Shown one piece after another: positions 12,390-25,545 of a stretch of DNA of 64,000 nucleotides (the stretch's first letter is position 1; every line of letters begins with the position of its first letter). Position numbers and translations under genes: made by a program. A model generated the notes under the pieces. The model had not been told where the DNA came from, made no database searches, and saw nothing but the letters and a program-made list of their open reading frames with translations. The DNA is from Bispira polyomma (taxonomy: Eukaryota): the NCBI GenBank assembly GCA_965649765.1, contig OZ287749.1:10478001-10542000 (forward strand). The letters are read 5' to 3'.

Positions 12390-13697
12390 TTGTTACGCCG
12401 CTGGCGCGTCAGTGTGTGTAGAGATTTTACCGTTACCGCTCTCCTAGGAAACCTTTTACACCTAGGCCCCTAAAATTTACAGGAAATGTTCTTTATTAAA
12501 CTTTATTACAAAAGCTTGCCTGGGTGTAATTTTGGCCTCATTTTGAAAATAATCAGGCTTTTAACTGTGTCTGTTTCTCAGATGTAGAAGGTTGAATCTG
12601 TTGAATGTTTAACGGATATATATGTCCTGTATAAGCATGCAGACATTTGACCTTAAATCTCCTAATTCAAGGTCATCGACAGAGTGCCAAGGTACCCCAA
12701 GTGACCGATTTTGGCCAAACTTAAAAGTGCCTATATCTAGGATATCAAGGCCTGGGAATCTTTTGATGTGCTCAGATTTGACCTTGGGCCTCTCCTTCAA
12801 GGTCAAACAGGGATGGCCAAACCTAAAAGTGCCTATATCTCGATGTTTTTGGTCCTAGAGGTTTTGGATGTGAAACCAACCTATAGGAAATCATGACCTG
12901 GGAATCTTTTGATGTGGTCCGATTTGACCTTTGGCCCCCTCGTGCAAGGTCAAATGGGTAGACCAAACTTTAAAGTGCCTATCCCAGACTTATTGGTCCC
13001 ACGGGTATGCAATGTGAAATTCACTTGTGCCATTAAAGGCCTTAGGATACATGCCCTATAGGAAATCATTGGCGTCTAGCTTGGATGCTAGCTAGGGTGC
13101 TTGCTACCAAGAGTGCTTTGTCTTTCTGATGGATATAAATGCACATTGGTTTTCTATTTCCCGTTAGCTGTAGTAAATTTGTAAAAAACAATTTGTCATA
13201 GTACGAGTACATCGTACACTATGCAGCTCAAACAAACCAGCTGAACTAACTGGACCATGACAATCTGTAAATGACTGAAAGTGACGGTGTTTTAGGTCAA
13301 TTACAGATTGGATGCTATTTAATTGTGCTGTTGTAGAGTTCTGACAGATTTACTGTCCTTGCTATTGGTCTCTTTCTAGTTATGTAATGTTACTATGTTC
13401 AGTTAAAAAAGTAACTACTCTCCTACATTTAGGACATTTTTACATTGACAGGCAAATTCAGTTGTACATGTTTTTTTGGTAGGTTTACAGTATCTTGCAG
13501 CAACCTCAGCATATATTGATTCCACAGAAACCTGAACAAATGTATTAAAGAAAGCACACGTATACAGTTTCTTCATAGAAGTTCCTGTTAAATGTACCTC
13601 TAGCTTGGATGCTAGCTAGGGTGCTTGCTACCTAGGGTGCTTTGTCTTTCTGGTGGACACAAATACGCATCAGTTCTCCGATGCGCTAGGTCTAGTT
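12390..13697. mobile_element. Helitron/Helentron-like non-autonomous element (family B) with ~148-bp TTGACCTT-rich internal repeats
   Basis: Related copies at ~23225-24092 (opposite orientation) and ~8400-8800; terminal hairpin CGCATC-N8-GATGCG at 13666-13685 followed by CTAG. Confidence 0.65.
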
Positions 13698-13889
13698 TTG
13701 TCATGATGTAGTTATAGTTTGACCTTTGACTTTAAGTAATGAACTGAAGTATGAGCTTAAGCTTAGTTCTCACTCAGTAACACCTTTGGGTTAGGATTTA
13801 TGTCTTTGACCTTGCAAAGTCTGTTCGATTTTGTATTTATTTTAGCCACAATGCTTGTGTTATTGTGTGTATCACACAGTACAAACAGA

Positions 13890-15540
13890 TGTACATATTT
13901 CTATTTCAGTTCACACATGTGCAACCAATTGTACTTATTTCTCTTTCAATTCACACAGTACACACATGTACTCATTTCTCTTTGAGTTCAGACTTGTACG
14001 CATTCCTCTTCCGAGTTCACATACATGTACTCCTTTCTCTTCGAGTTCACACATGTACTCATATCTCTTCGAGTTCACACATGTACTCATTTCTCTTTGA
14101 GTTCACATACATATACTCATTTCTCTTCGAGTTCACACATGTATTCATTTCTCTTTCAATTCACACTTGTACTAATTTCTCGTTCAGTTCACACACATGT
14201 ACTCATTTCTCTTTCAGTTCACACTTGTACTAATTAGGCGTCTCTTAAAAAGGGCGCTTATTTGGTTTCACCCATAGATTCCTAAATGCCGCCACCTGTG
14301 CTGCCGTTGCATAGTCTTCTTTGAACATCTCCTTCAATATTATTCGCATCAAAATTATTTTTGGCAGTTATCTTAACCAGGAGTAGGAAATATATTTTAA
14401 ATTCTTAGATTTAAACTTTGGCCTACTTTAATGTCAGGTGACCCGGGGTGTAAAAGTGCTTGTCACCAGGTTTTTGCAGAAAGTATTTGTCATAGCTCAA
14501 TGAAATTTGGCGTGTACCTTAGTAATGCAATTTTCTGGATCAGAGACGCTGTTGAGATCAATCGGATAATAATTCACTGATTGAGGACAGATTGATTTTT
14601 TATTGAAATGCGAAAAATCATTACTTTTTTGCTATCTCGGAAACTGTTAGGATTTCGGCTTTTTTCTTAGTATAAGTGTTGATTTGATGTACGATGTGAA
14701 AATCTCACGGTTGTAAGTGTAGTACTTAACGACTACCGAGTACTTTAAATGAGTAGTTTGCTCTATTTTGCTCTGTCTTGCACATTTATTAACTTTTCTT
14801 TTGAACTTTGGCATGCACATTGGAAATATCAAAGCATAGATGCCTGTAAAGTTTTAGATCAATCTCATGATAATTGACTGATTGACTGGGTCGATCAATC
14901 GTACAAAATAGGAAAACAAAGTGTTGATGGGTGCTACAACGGGTGTTATCACAACGGTGCTACATAGAGCAATTTCAAGCTCATTTTCGACCCACAGGAC
15001 TGATCCTAAATTTTTGGATGTTAACTTTTTGAAAAAATATCAATTTTGGCGGCCATCTTAAGTTTCTGCATTTTCGAAAATGTCTGTTCTTTCGGAAAAA
15101 GTGCTAGATAGAGCTATTTCGAGCTCATTTTCGACCCTCAGGGCTAATTATGCTTATATGTCAACTTCAAGAAAATTTTTCCCGAGTTTGGTGGCCATTT
15201 TGAATTGCTGCCACTTTTTCAAAAATGTCTCTTATCTCAGAAATGGTGCTAGATGACCGATTTCAAGCTCATTTTCGACCCACAGGGCTGATTTTGCTTA
15301 TATGTCAACTTTGCAAACAATTAAAAACTTGTACACTACAACTTCATTATTGTTTCAACTTGTGGGACGCTTCGTTTTTGTTATCAAAAACCGTTTTTTA
15401 GTTTCTCTTTCATTTTACATACATGTACTCATTTCTCTTTCAGTTCACACATGTACTCATTTCTCTTTTAGTTCACATTCATGTACACATTCCTTGTTCA
15501 GTTCACACACATGTATTCGTTTCTCTTTCAGTTCACACAG
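13890..15540 (+). repeat. ~28-30-bp minisatellite ATGTACTCATTTCTCTTTCAGTTCACAC whose last unit is the ZFPL1 terminal-exon acceptor; split by an insertion at ~14232-15403
   Basis: About 11 units at 13890-14231 and about 5 at 15403-15540. Confidence 0.9.
14232..15403 (-). mobile_element. Helentron-like non-autonomous element (family A), short copy
   Basis: Both ends are the reverse complement of the ends of 33175-35519; inserted at a TT site in the minisatellite with no evident TSD. Confidence 0.8.
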
Positions 15541-15721
15541 TACCACTAAAAAGGCGGATCCTCAGGCTTCCACCAAGCGCTGTGCTGTGATCATGATGGT
15601 GGCGATCATTGGATTCATGACCCTTGTGGTGATTTTCACACGGGTTGGTCGTTCGTCTGCCAATAAAGACCCTTTCTTGGACCCTTTGGCCAACCCCAAC
15701 ATACACGTAGGGAACGATTAG
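15532..15721 (+). CDS. ZFPL1: ZFPL1 last coding exon (TM helix and lumenal tail)
   Basis: TTCTCTTTCAG acceptor, phase 2 (in-frame alternative CAG at 15540); ...IIGFMTLVVIFTRVGRSSANKDPFLDPLANPNIHVGND* matches the ZFPL1 C-terminus. Confidence 0.93.
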
Positions 15722-16046
15722 TAGTGTGTGTATGGACTTGCTAAACTACAACGGTACATCGCTTAGAGGTGTACTTTACATATAGAATTGTATTCAATGC
15801 TTATAGGTGTACAAAAACTATTTAGTAAGATATATACATGGCTTATAGGTGTACAGAATATTTAATGTGTGGGTTGTGGTGACAACTGGTTAATGGCATA
15901 TAGGGGTGTGTACTCTAATACTGGGGGGTTGTGGCTAACTTGTTGGGTCGTGGGGGTAGGTCTATGTAATAATCTGCATGGGGATTAGAGGACCTGGGGT
16001 TAGGGGTGTGCAGTACTAGGTTAGGGACCTGAGGTGGTATTCTTAC

Positions 16047-16256
16047 CTCAAACTCATACTCAAATCTGGATTCTCTATAACTTTGGATATAGTGAACATA
16101 TAAAAAATCGGACTTCATGTTTGAATTCAGTGTCGAAGGCTCTATTGAAATGAATGGTCAGAAGTATAGGTTATTTCCATGTACAATGATTCCACATGGC
16201 CTATATTTGAGTTGAGTATAAGTTTAAGCTGAGTATACGTCAGAGAATATGGGCCC
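16047..16256 (-). mobile_element. Partial copy of the Harbinger-type MITE at 35597-35838, downstream of the ZFPL1 stop
   Basis: Reverse-complement similarity, including GAGTATACGTCAGAGAATATGGGCC. Confidence 0.75.
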
Positions 16257-17978
16257 TGGGGTTTAAGGATGTATTGGGGGAGGTGGGGTTGGGGACCTAG
16301 AGGTAATCCTTTCCGTGTTTGTTTGTTACTGTTATTTATTGTTTGTTTTTGGGTGGGGGTGGGGGCCAACTAATAATATGTGTTTTTTTTTTTGTGGGGG
16401 GAGGGGTTGCGGGAAAGGGTAGGAATATGTAATATTTGGATAACAGCATCAGGTTACCTGTATCTAAGGGTGGTCAGTGTACATAAATATTATTCTTCGG
16501 GGTTGTGTACAACTGTTTAAGACCCAAGTTGGGATATATTGCCAGTGTATATGTAAATGGTTACAAATGTGTTATTGGCATTAAAAGTGAATAATCCATA
16601 AGCCATGCACATAATTAGGTTGCAGTCAAAAAACAAAACAACCGGTGACATAGTGCTACAGTACAACCAATGAGGTTGTCATCATGGATCACGATATTGT
16701 AATATCATCAGAATTCAGTGAAACAGTGTGTAAGTATTGCGTAAAATTGTCAGTATGTCTACAACTGTAACAAATGGTTGTGTTGGTATTGCCGTTATAT
16801 TCAGTTTTCGAACACGATTGTTTTTGAATGTGTATTCAGAATATTACACTTCCCGTTCTTTAACTTTTTTTACGGTTATCTGACCTATGTTTTAACGTTA
16901 GGAATGTGACCCTGACCTTACAGACATTTTTCAGGTGATATTTCTGGAACTCTGTGTCAGAGTAAATATTCCTACTAGGTAAAGCTGCGGCGATTAGTTT
17001 AGTCGATGCATTAATCTCCTGTGGCATATTTACCGATGCATCAAGTCCGGTCTTTGACTCCATATTAGCTGAATTTTAATATACGCTCAAAAGCACATTG
17101 TCATACAGGTAAAATATAAATAGTAGATGCATGAAAATGACACTTTATGGTAATTTTACACCTCAATTTGAAGTTATATTGAGTTCAGTTATGTATCAGC
17201 ACTTTATTGGGTTGGAATGGGTTTTTCGATGCATCGACTTATACATAGTTTGAGTGGGCGATAATAGATGCAGTTCACACACTTTGACTCGCAGCTTTAC
17301 CAGTAGGTGTAAAATGTGTAATATCAAGGCATAGCTGGAGGTATAATAATCTTTTCACCTGGATCTGTGAGCTTCACCTTAAATCTCTTGTGTTGACTAT
17401 ATCTGATGACCTGTATCACAGAGGAAGTTCCTAGTTTGACGATACAGTCCTTGTGGGTTAAGGATGGGATTTTGAACTTTGACCATTGATTTGATCTTGA
17501 CAATAAAAACTTACCTAAACTGTATCTTAGAGAAACTCCATCTTTAGTAGAAGTATTATGATTTGTGAGAGGACATTAGGTAACAGTTGTTTACATGGTC
17601 ATCTATCCAATTCTAGTGTACAAATCTAGTTGCCTTAAGACAGCTGAGTTGATCCCATGTCGAGGTATTTTTGTTTTCTTGTTTTATGGCCATGTGTGTA
17701 TTGCTTAGAAATTGTGTTATTTTTTGTATTATTCTAAATGATATACCGGTTCCGCTCTCTATCTCGCCCATGCTCCTGTAAACGCCCCTCCCCAACTTTT
17801 GAAATATCACGGAAAATGTCCCAATATTTTTGCAAATAACGTATTATGTAAGAACAAATATCATGAACAAAGTATCATTAATTTCTCACAATCAACGTTT
17901 TTAAATACAAAACTTTGCAAAACATACTAGTTTCAGGTAACTTGGTCACTAAGAAACCATCGATTTTCGTTTCCTGTA

Positions 17979-18191
17979 CACGGGTGGTCACAATACCGGT
18001 TGGGTCACAATACCGTTCGACGCACATTTTAAAGCTTAAAACGTAGATTTATTCAAAATAAAATAAAGTATTCTGTACTTTAATTTATAGACATGAAGTA
18101 GCATGTGTTTTCAGTATTAATTTCCGTCAGTAAAGTATTTTAAAATGCAACGGATGGTATTGTGACCCGACCGGTATTGTGAACGCCCTTG
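17979..18191. mobile_element. TA-flanked MITE nested in the 5' part of the pogo element
   Basis: ~40-bp imperfect TIRs containing TCACAATACCGG twice. Confidence 0.7.
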
Positions 18192-18268
18192 TATACACTA
18201 CGAATGATGACGTCTTTCAGCAAAAGTTTTGTAACCGTTTTTTATTCATATTTATTATCGCCCAGAAA

Positions 18269-19700
18269 ATGCCTAGACATAAATCTTATACTGTTTCATT
18301 CAAACTGAGTGTTATTAAGTGGCACAAAGAGAATGGAGAGTCTATCAGAAAAACTGCAGGGGAATATGGAATAGACAGAAAACGAATCAGGGAATGGTTA
18401 AAGCAAGAAGAAGAATTAAATTCCCATTCTAGAGGATCTGATGCCAAAAAAGACGAATCTCTTATGGTGGAGAAATTATTAGTCATAAAATTGAATTTGG
18501 TGTACTAGGTTATCTAATATCTCAAAGGGAAAAGGGAATACCAGTCAACAAGAATGACTTAAAAGAGAAAGCTCTAGAAATTGCTGAGGAGCTGGATCAG
18601 GAGAATCCTACTTTGAATCCTAGACTGGCAGAATTTAAAGGAAGCGACGGATGGCTTCGACGTTGGAAAAAAAGAAATCTAATAGCACTGCTCAGAGGAA
18701 CTAATGAAGCTCAGAAGATACCCGAAGATTATGGCGAACTGATTTAGGGCTTTGTTACTGATATAAAGCTAAAGAGCTGAAGAGATTCAGCATCTCTATA
18801 CCCTTCACAATATAGGTGAGATGGTTTTCCATTTTCAATAACTGAAATCATAACAAAACAAGATCATCAATTCCAAAAAGATGGTTTCCATTTTCAATGA
18901 CCGAAATTATAAGCAAAACAAGATTATCAGTTCTGAAAAGAAGGGTTAGGGCTAAGGTTAGGGTTAGAGCTAGGGTTGAAGGAAATAAAAAATAAAATGA
19001 AAGCGACACAAAGTATTTTAATTTCTTTGTTTATATATTCTGGAAATATATTTAGGGCCATAGGGTGTCAAAAGGTTAGTGTTAGGGTTACCCAGAGATA
19101 GGTGTTACGTGTTAGGGTTACCCAGAGATTCTATTTTATCTTCTAGGTAACATGGACCAGACCATGTGTCGTTTCGATATGGCACCGACTAGGACCAATT
19201 GGGTGCCAAAAGAGGCTTCACGGTTGCCCTTTGTGCCCTTGCCTCGGGTCACAAAAAGCCTGCCTTTATTTGCCTGAAGGAACGTAATGGTGTCATACCC
19301 CCCTGGGTATGTCAGCCCTTTCGGGTTCCTGACAATGTCAAGTTCACTGCTTCTAAGAATGGTTGGATGACAGGACCGATCATGGGGACTTGGATCAATC
19401 GAGTCTGGGGACGAAACCATGATGATGTCCGAAGACTTTTGATACTGGAAAAGGCCCGCATTCACACCATGGCACAGACCAGTGACCAGCTGGAGGAAAA
19501 GGAAACAGACCTTATCTTTGTTCCAGGTGATTAACTAGATAAGAATTTTGATACTTCAGTTGAAGTTAATATTTACAAAATTTCAATCGAGATACATTTT
19601 CTGAGCTTTGATAACAGATTTGAAAAGTCCTTGTTTTTGTATAAAGGTGGATGTACACCAATTTGTCAGCCAGCTGTTTTATGGATTGCCCCTTTTAAGA
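18269..19700 (+). pseudogene. pogo-family DDE transposase with frameshifts and stops; introns at ~18816-19146 and ~19527-19647
   Basis: ORF pieces 18179-18508 and 19199-19534 plus motifs joined across GT-AG introns. Confidence 0.85.
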
Positions 19701-22700
19701 AAGGGGGGGAGGGGGTTAGTATGGTAAATTAATGTGGCTAGAATATTTTGACTAAACCTGTAAATCTCATCTGGAAGCACCTGTAATTTCCGGTGCACCG
19801 TATATTTTTAAGTGACATTTGGAGATAAAAACAACAAAATGGGGCTGTTTCTTGCAAGGAATTGTATGGATTTGTTGATTATTCTATTTGACAGACGAAA
19901 TAGGTGACTGTTATATCATTTTATAGCAAAAAAACGAGTTTGCGTAACGCCCTATTCTCGCAAACGCCCACCCCCAACTTCTTTGAATTTTCGTCGTTTT
20001 CGCCCTTGGGCACTTCCGAGAGCGGAACCGGTAAAACTAATTTGTATAAACTTCATAATACTATAGTCATTTTGTTTCAATGTCAATCTTGGTGTATAAT
20101 TAGAAATAACAAAAAAAAAAAATCATCAAAACTGTAGGTTTATTCACTTGAATAAAAGAGAAGTGAATACAGGAGAACCTTCATTTTGATGCAGATGGCG
20201 TATTTGCAGTTTTACTGTAAATTCATCATCTCTGTAGTAGTATTGCACAAAACTGTTATGCCTGGCAACCGTGCGAGGACAGCTAAAATTACTGAGAGTA
20301 AGGGGAAATTTTGTCCTGAAAATTGGTATGGGTACATGGTCTGGTCTGAATATACCTTTACTATGATCCAAAATTAATTTCCTGTTATTATTGGATAGGC
20401 TGGCATTACTTGTAGGTAATACCATGATTCTGAGTTTGCTGGGCATTAATAAAAAAGGCTGAACTATTAACAGCTCACCTTTGACGTGATATTTTAGTAA
20501 TTACGTTGCACACTCAAAAGTCACAGCCATAATTGTAATTAAAGAAGAACACAGTTGCTGTCATAGAAAATTAACTTAAAAATCATTTTTAGAAAGCAGT
20601 AAAAATCTAGGTTTATGTGCCAGAATATTGTTGTTAAGGTTGATATTTTATAATAGCCGCACTTTATATAGCTTTTGGTACAACAGTCTTTATTACGTCA
20701 CACACAAGTTACGTCGCCACAGGATATATAAAAAAATATCTGTATTCCCCTCTGTATGCTCCGTATACGTACCCAAGTGGATAATAATGTTTTACCATTC
20801 TGTTATGATGGTTAATTTACCGTAGTTCAGAGAAATGGACACATACGAAAAGACTAGTTTAGTTGGTTAACATTTATTAGTTGATTTGTTATTTGAATTG
20901 TTTATACAATAAACTGTAAATGATCAGGATGTGTGGTATTTTTCAGGAGTTTATTTTATTTGATAAGAATAGTAATAACGTAATTTTGTACGGGCGTTAT
21001 AGATTTTAGCAGTATTTCATTAATCATTAACAGCTCTCGACCCGTTAGGGCCTTTGCCTGTTGGTGGTTAATGTTGTGCTGCCAAAAACTTATAATGCCC
21101 AACAAAATCATGGTAGTGTCGTATTGTTTTTGTGCTAAAATAGTTATTTTATTAACCTTCTGTTAGCCTGCAAATATCTCTCAACAAGTTTTTCTGATAT
21201 ATTAAGAGGTTTTGCAGTAGTAAAGTGTTCGTTAAAGAGGTCAACTGGTGCAGCATTATATTGCCAACTAAGTTACAGAAGCACTTATTCCAACCCACTG
21301 TGTGTGTACTTTTAAAAACTTTTTTGGCTGGAGACCCGTTAGCTGTAGAAGATTTGTAAAAACATCTTGTTATAGTACGAGTACATTGTACAATATGCAG
21401 CTCAAAGAGTGCACAATAGAAAAATCAAATTATTAGTCAAACACCATACAGTAAGCCTATTTTTTTACTAGCGATGTGGGCAACAGGTCTGCCTCTGTGT
21501 AAACACACCAGCTAAACTATCTGGACCATTACATGTTGGAGATGCCGGGTATCGATCCCGCCAAGAAAGTGTAGTAGTAGTTGTAAACTGAGGTCAGTTC
21601 TCATTTCAAGATGTGGTATGTAATAGTATTGGTACATTGTATTATATGCAGCACAAGGAATGCATAATAGAAAATTGAAATTACCTGTATAACATCTAGC
21701 AGGTCGTGTTTCTAGTGAGCCTTGCTTTTTAGTGATGTAGGTAACATGTCTGCCTCGGTCAAAACAAACCAGCTGAACTAACTGGACCATTACAATCTGT
21801 AAAAGACTGAAAGTGATGGTATCTTAGGTCAATTACTGATTGGTGTCCTTGCTATTGGCCTCTTTCTAGTTATCGAATGTTACAATGTTCAGTTAAAAAA
21901 AGTGACTACTCTCCTACATTTAGGACATTTTTACATTAACAGGCAAATTCAGTAGCACATGTTCTTTTGTAGGTTTACAGTATCTTGCAGCAACCTCAGC
22001 ATATACAGATACCACAGAAACCTGAACAAATTTATTAAAGAAATCCCACGTATACAGTCTTGTTATTTCTTCATGAAAGTTCCTCTTTGGTGCACATGTT
22101 GCCTGTTGACCCGAGGGTTATGACTAGGAGATATTGCCTTTGACCCGAGGGTTATGGTTTTACATTGCTTTCAAAAGCTTAGGTCATATTACGACAGCCA
22201 GATTCAATAGAAGAAACCATTGCTGAGGCCACTGGACACCATCCACTTGTGGCAAGTACCTGCCAAACTTTCCCACATGAAGGATTGAGCAGGATTCAAA
22301 CCCATATTGGTAAAAGGCCAGTGATTGTGAAGCAGGTGCTTCTAACCAAGAGGCCACAAGGTATAAAGAATAGTAGACCAAAAAATGAAAGAAGTAGCAG
22401 ACATTTTCTTACACTGAGTTCTGTATGTTCTCCATCTGTTTATGTTGACCCAGATATCATTATCCAATTGAAAGACTTGCACTTTTAAAAAATTGGTTTT
22501 ATTACATTAATGTAACAGCAAGATAATTTATTGTTTTCAGGAAATAGATACTAGACTTGAGGATGGTTCTTTGTTTTGCAGGTCGATTAATTGCCCAATT
22601 GTCTGACTGATGATTTGACAAAAAGGCCAATATGGTTTTGTTATTTGTCGTAAGCTCAAGCCATTTGTTAAATAAGCACATTAAATCAAATTTAAGACTG

Positions 22701-23224
22701 CCCAACCATGATAGTAAACTATCATTTATGATAGATCAACCGGCGATAAATATTAAACAAGATGACAATTAGGTGGAGCTCTGACTTGGGACAGACGAAG
22801 ATGGATTTTTTTGTACAGCTGCCTAGCAGTATATATTTGTCTTCAGTGGGCAAAAAAATGCGATAACAATTACCATAGTTTGCGATCTGAATGCATTTAC
22901 AAGACATGGACGAAACGTCTGATAAAAAAAAAACGGCTCTCAAATAGTGAACTATCAGCAAAATCAAAGGGTATCGAAGTAGGTACAGTGTCTAGTATCT
23001 TCTATTTTCGCTCACGCTGTATGAAAAGCTACGGCTGCGAAATTAGAAATAAAATACGTTATTTAAGTAAATCATTCCAAACCTTCTATATTTGCACCAA
23101 TAGGGACGTTATAGCTGCAAAAAGTTGAAGTCGGCTACGTAGTCGCAATTAATTATTCGTATCGGCTTAAAAATATAGTTTATCCTACATATTACCCACT
23201 GTATTTTCTGCCCAGACCCTTTTC

Positions 23225-24092
23225 TGCCTACCTGACATTGCAAACCTCTAGGATTTATAATAAGCAAGTTATAAGCACTTTTAGGTTTAGCTACCCTCGT
23301 CTGACCTTTATGGAGGGGCCCAAGGTCAAATCTGACCACATCAGAAGATTCCCAGCGTATGATTACCTATAAGTTTGTTTCACATTGCAAACCTCTAGGA
23401 CCAATAATAAGCAAGCTATAAGCACTTTTAAGTTTAGCTACCCTCGTCTGACCTTGACGGAGAGGCCCAAAGTTAAATCTGACCATATCAGAAGATTCCT
23501 AGCCCATGATTACCTATACGTTGGTTTCACATTGCAAACCTCTAGGCCCGATAATAAGCGAGTTATCAGCACTTTTAAGTCTGATGTGACCTTAAATGAG
23601 AGGCCCCAAGGTCAAACCTGACCACATGAGAAGATTCCCAGCCCTATAGGTAGGCTTCACATGCCAAACCTCTAGGACCAATAATAAGGGAGATATTGAC
23701 ACTTTTAAAGTTTGCTATGTGGGGTACTTTTGCACTCTGTGGATGACCTTGAATGAAGAGCTTCAAGGTCAAATTTCTGCATGCTTGTAGAAGACTTGTA
23801 TATCTGTTACACATATTACCTATGAAAAGATTTAACCTTCTAGTTACGAGAACCAGCCAGTAGAAAAAGATAAATAATTTTGAAAGAAATGCCCATGGTG
23901 GCCATCTTGTTTTTCAGAATGAGGCTAATTTCAGTCGCAGATAAGCTTACCTCCCAATAAAGATATCCTGCAAATTTGGTGAAGCTAGCTGCTCTAATTT
24001 TCCGCTGACAGTATTAATGGTGAAAATCTCTCTGTGGCGGCGGCGTAGCGAATGCTAAACCAAAGTATTCATTGGAGCGGTGGATACAATAA
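23225..24092. mobile_element. Helitron/Helentron-like element, family B copy
   Basis: ~140-148-bp repeats containing AAATCTGACCACATCAGAAGATTCCC, reverse complement of 12748-12950. Confidence 0.7.
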
Positions 24093-25456
24093 TTACTTTT
24101 TTCTTCATGAAAATCCCCAAATTTGGTCATGTGACCTCAGCATGCATGCAACAGTTTTACCTGAAAGTCATAAAAAATTTCACTCTTTGCTAAAGCAGCC
24201 TCCATATCAAATTGGGTGATTAACTGATTATTGCTTGAAGGATTTTGGCTGTAAAAGGCCACAGACTGTTTTTGAAAACATCACCACACTATATGGCTTT
24301 TCAGATTTGGTGGAAGACTTGTACATGCATTGTGTCAACATAATAAACACCCATTTAAAATATGATCATATGTCAAACAGTTTGGCTGTAATTAGAAAAA
24401 TGTAACAAACAGAAAAAACAGACTCGGCACAATTCTATATAACCTATCCTAGTGATGTTAACTGGCAAGGGATAACGGACCTAAACTTTAACAGAAGGTG
24501 GTGGCTTTCTGATAACAAAAACTGTTGCTAAAAATAACCTGATACCAGAGAATTACAGTGTACAGTTTAAAATCTCATGACCACAGTTAAATACATCTAA
24601 CATGATTAGCATTTAGCAATGACAAACAATTCTACAACACTAATTCTAGAATTTAAAAATGGAAACATACACGGTGAACCTAGTGTAAAACTTGTGTATA
24701 TATTAAAAGACATGCACACAGACTTTAATACACAAAAGCAATATTGTGGTGATCTGATCAGACTTACACTGACGCACCAAGAAGCTCCAGTATAAAAAGA
24801 AGATATAGCAGTTATATTTACAGCCAGTTTACGAAGGCATTTCATACAGATATTAATGGACCCTTCCGACCCCAAGATTGTCAGCTAGAAGTTGACAGCA
24901 GTTGTTACTTCCCGAAACCTATGTCTGTCGGCAAGCAGTCAACACCCTCATTTTTTTTTTCATTCAGTTCCTTTCAATAACAAATTGTTCATACAGCAGA
25001 ATGAATCTCCTATGTAAAAAAAATCTATAAGTGAGGCTGTTATTTAATGCTGTAAGTAGCCTGTGGTGTGTGTTTTTAGTGACTCCATCTATCTGTAACC
25101 GATTACTTAACAAAAAAAGATAAAAAAAATTCCTTCCGTTCTCGCCAATAGTTTTCTCTTGGGGTCACATGGGTTAACATACAAGCATTTGAATTCATAT
25201 AGTTACTGGAGTTAAAGAGATATTTTGACAGTCTGTTTCAGCCTTTGTTGCTAATTTCTGCAAGTCCTGGTCCCGTTTTACATTAGGTGGCCACGAGTTA
25301 GAGGATGAGTATGACCACCAGCCATAGCTGTCACTGCAGTATTGCTGAGTCATTGTTACACATATTTGGCAGGGCAGTATATAAACATGTTGGAGAAGTA
25401 CTTTGAATATGCACATTTGCATATACACACATGCGCGACTTCTACACAGACACCTC

Positions 25457-25545
25457 TTACTTGGCCATGCGGTAAAACTCGGGTCTGTAGCCAAGACATG
25501 AGAGTTCCATAGCAACACGTAGTGCAAAAACCAAACCATGACCAG
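25457..25545 (-). CDS. Putative last exon of an uncharacterised small membrane protein
   Basis: CATTTCAG acceptor; phase 1 gives SGHGLVFALRVAMELSCLGYRPEFYRMAK*; the phase-0 frame is open to 25195. Confidence 0.5.

Larger units (their letters stand above)
17746..20031 (+). mobile_element. pogo/Tigger-like DNA transposon with a defective, intron-containing transposase
   Basis: 14-bp TIRs CCGGTTCCGCTCTC / GAGAGCGGAACCGG with TA on both sides; HTH MPRHKSYTVSFKL..GIDRKRIREW; FKGSDGWLRRWKKR; GNMDQT; GWMT; VPG-GCTPICQPA. Confidence 0.92.

Noticed and set aside
13855-14237. Repetitive ORFs and a CRISPR-like ~28-bp periodicity
   Set aside because: Units are contiguous with no unique spacers, there are no cas genes, and the context is a eukaryotic intron
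15302-15531. N-terminal part of the 139-aa ORF
   Set aside because: Read-through of TE end and minisatellite; ZFPL1 similarity starts only after the acceptor at 15531
18942-19125. TTAGGG-like repeats as a telomere or fusion scar
   Set aside because: Short, degenerate and internal to a TIR-bounded transposon
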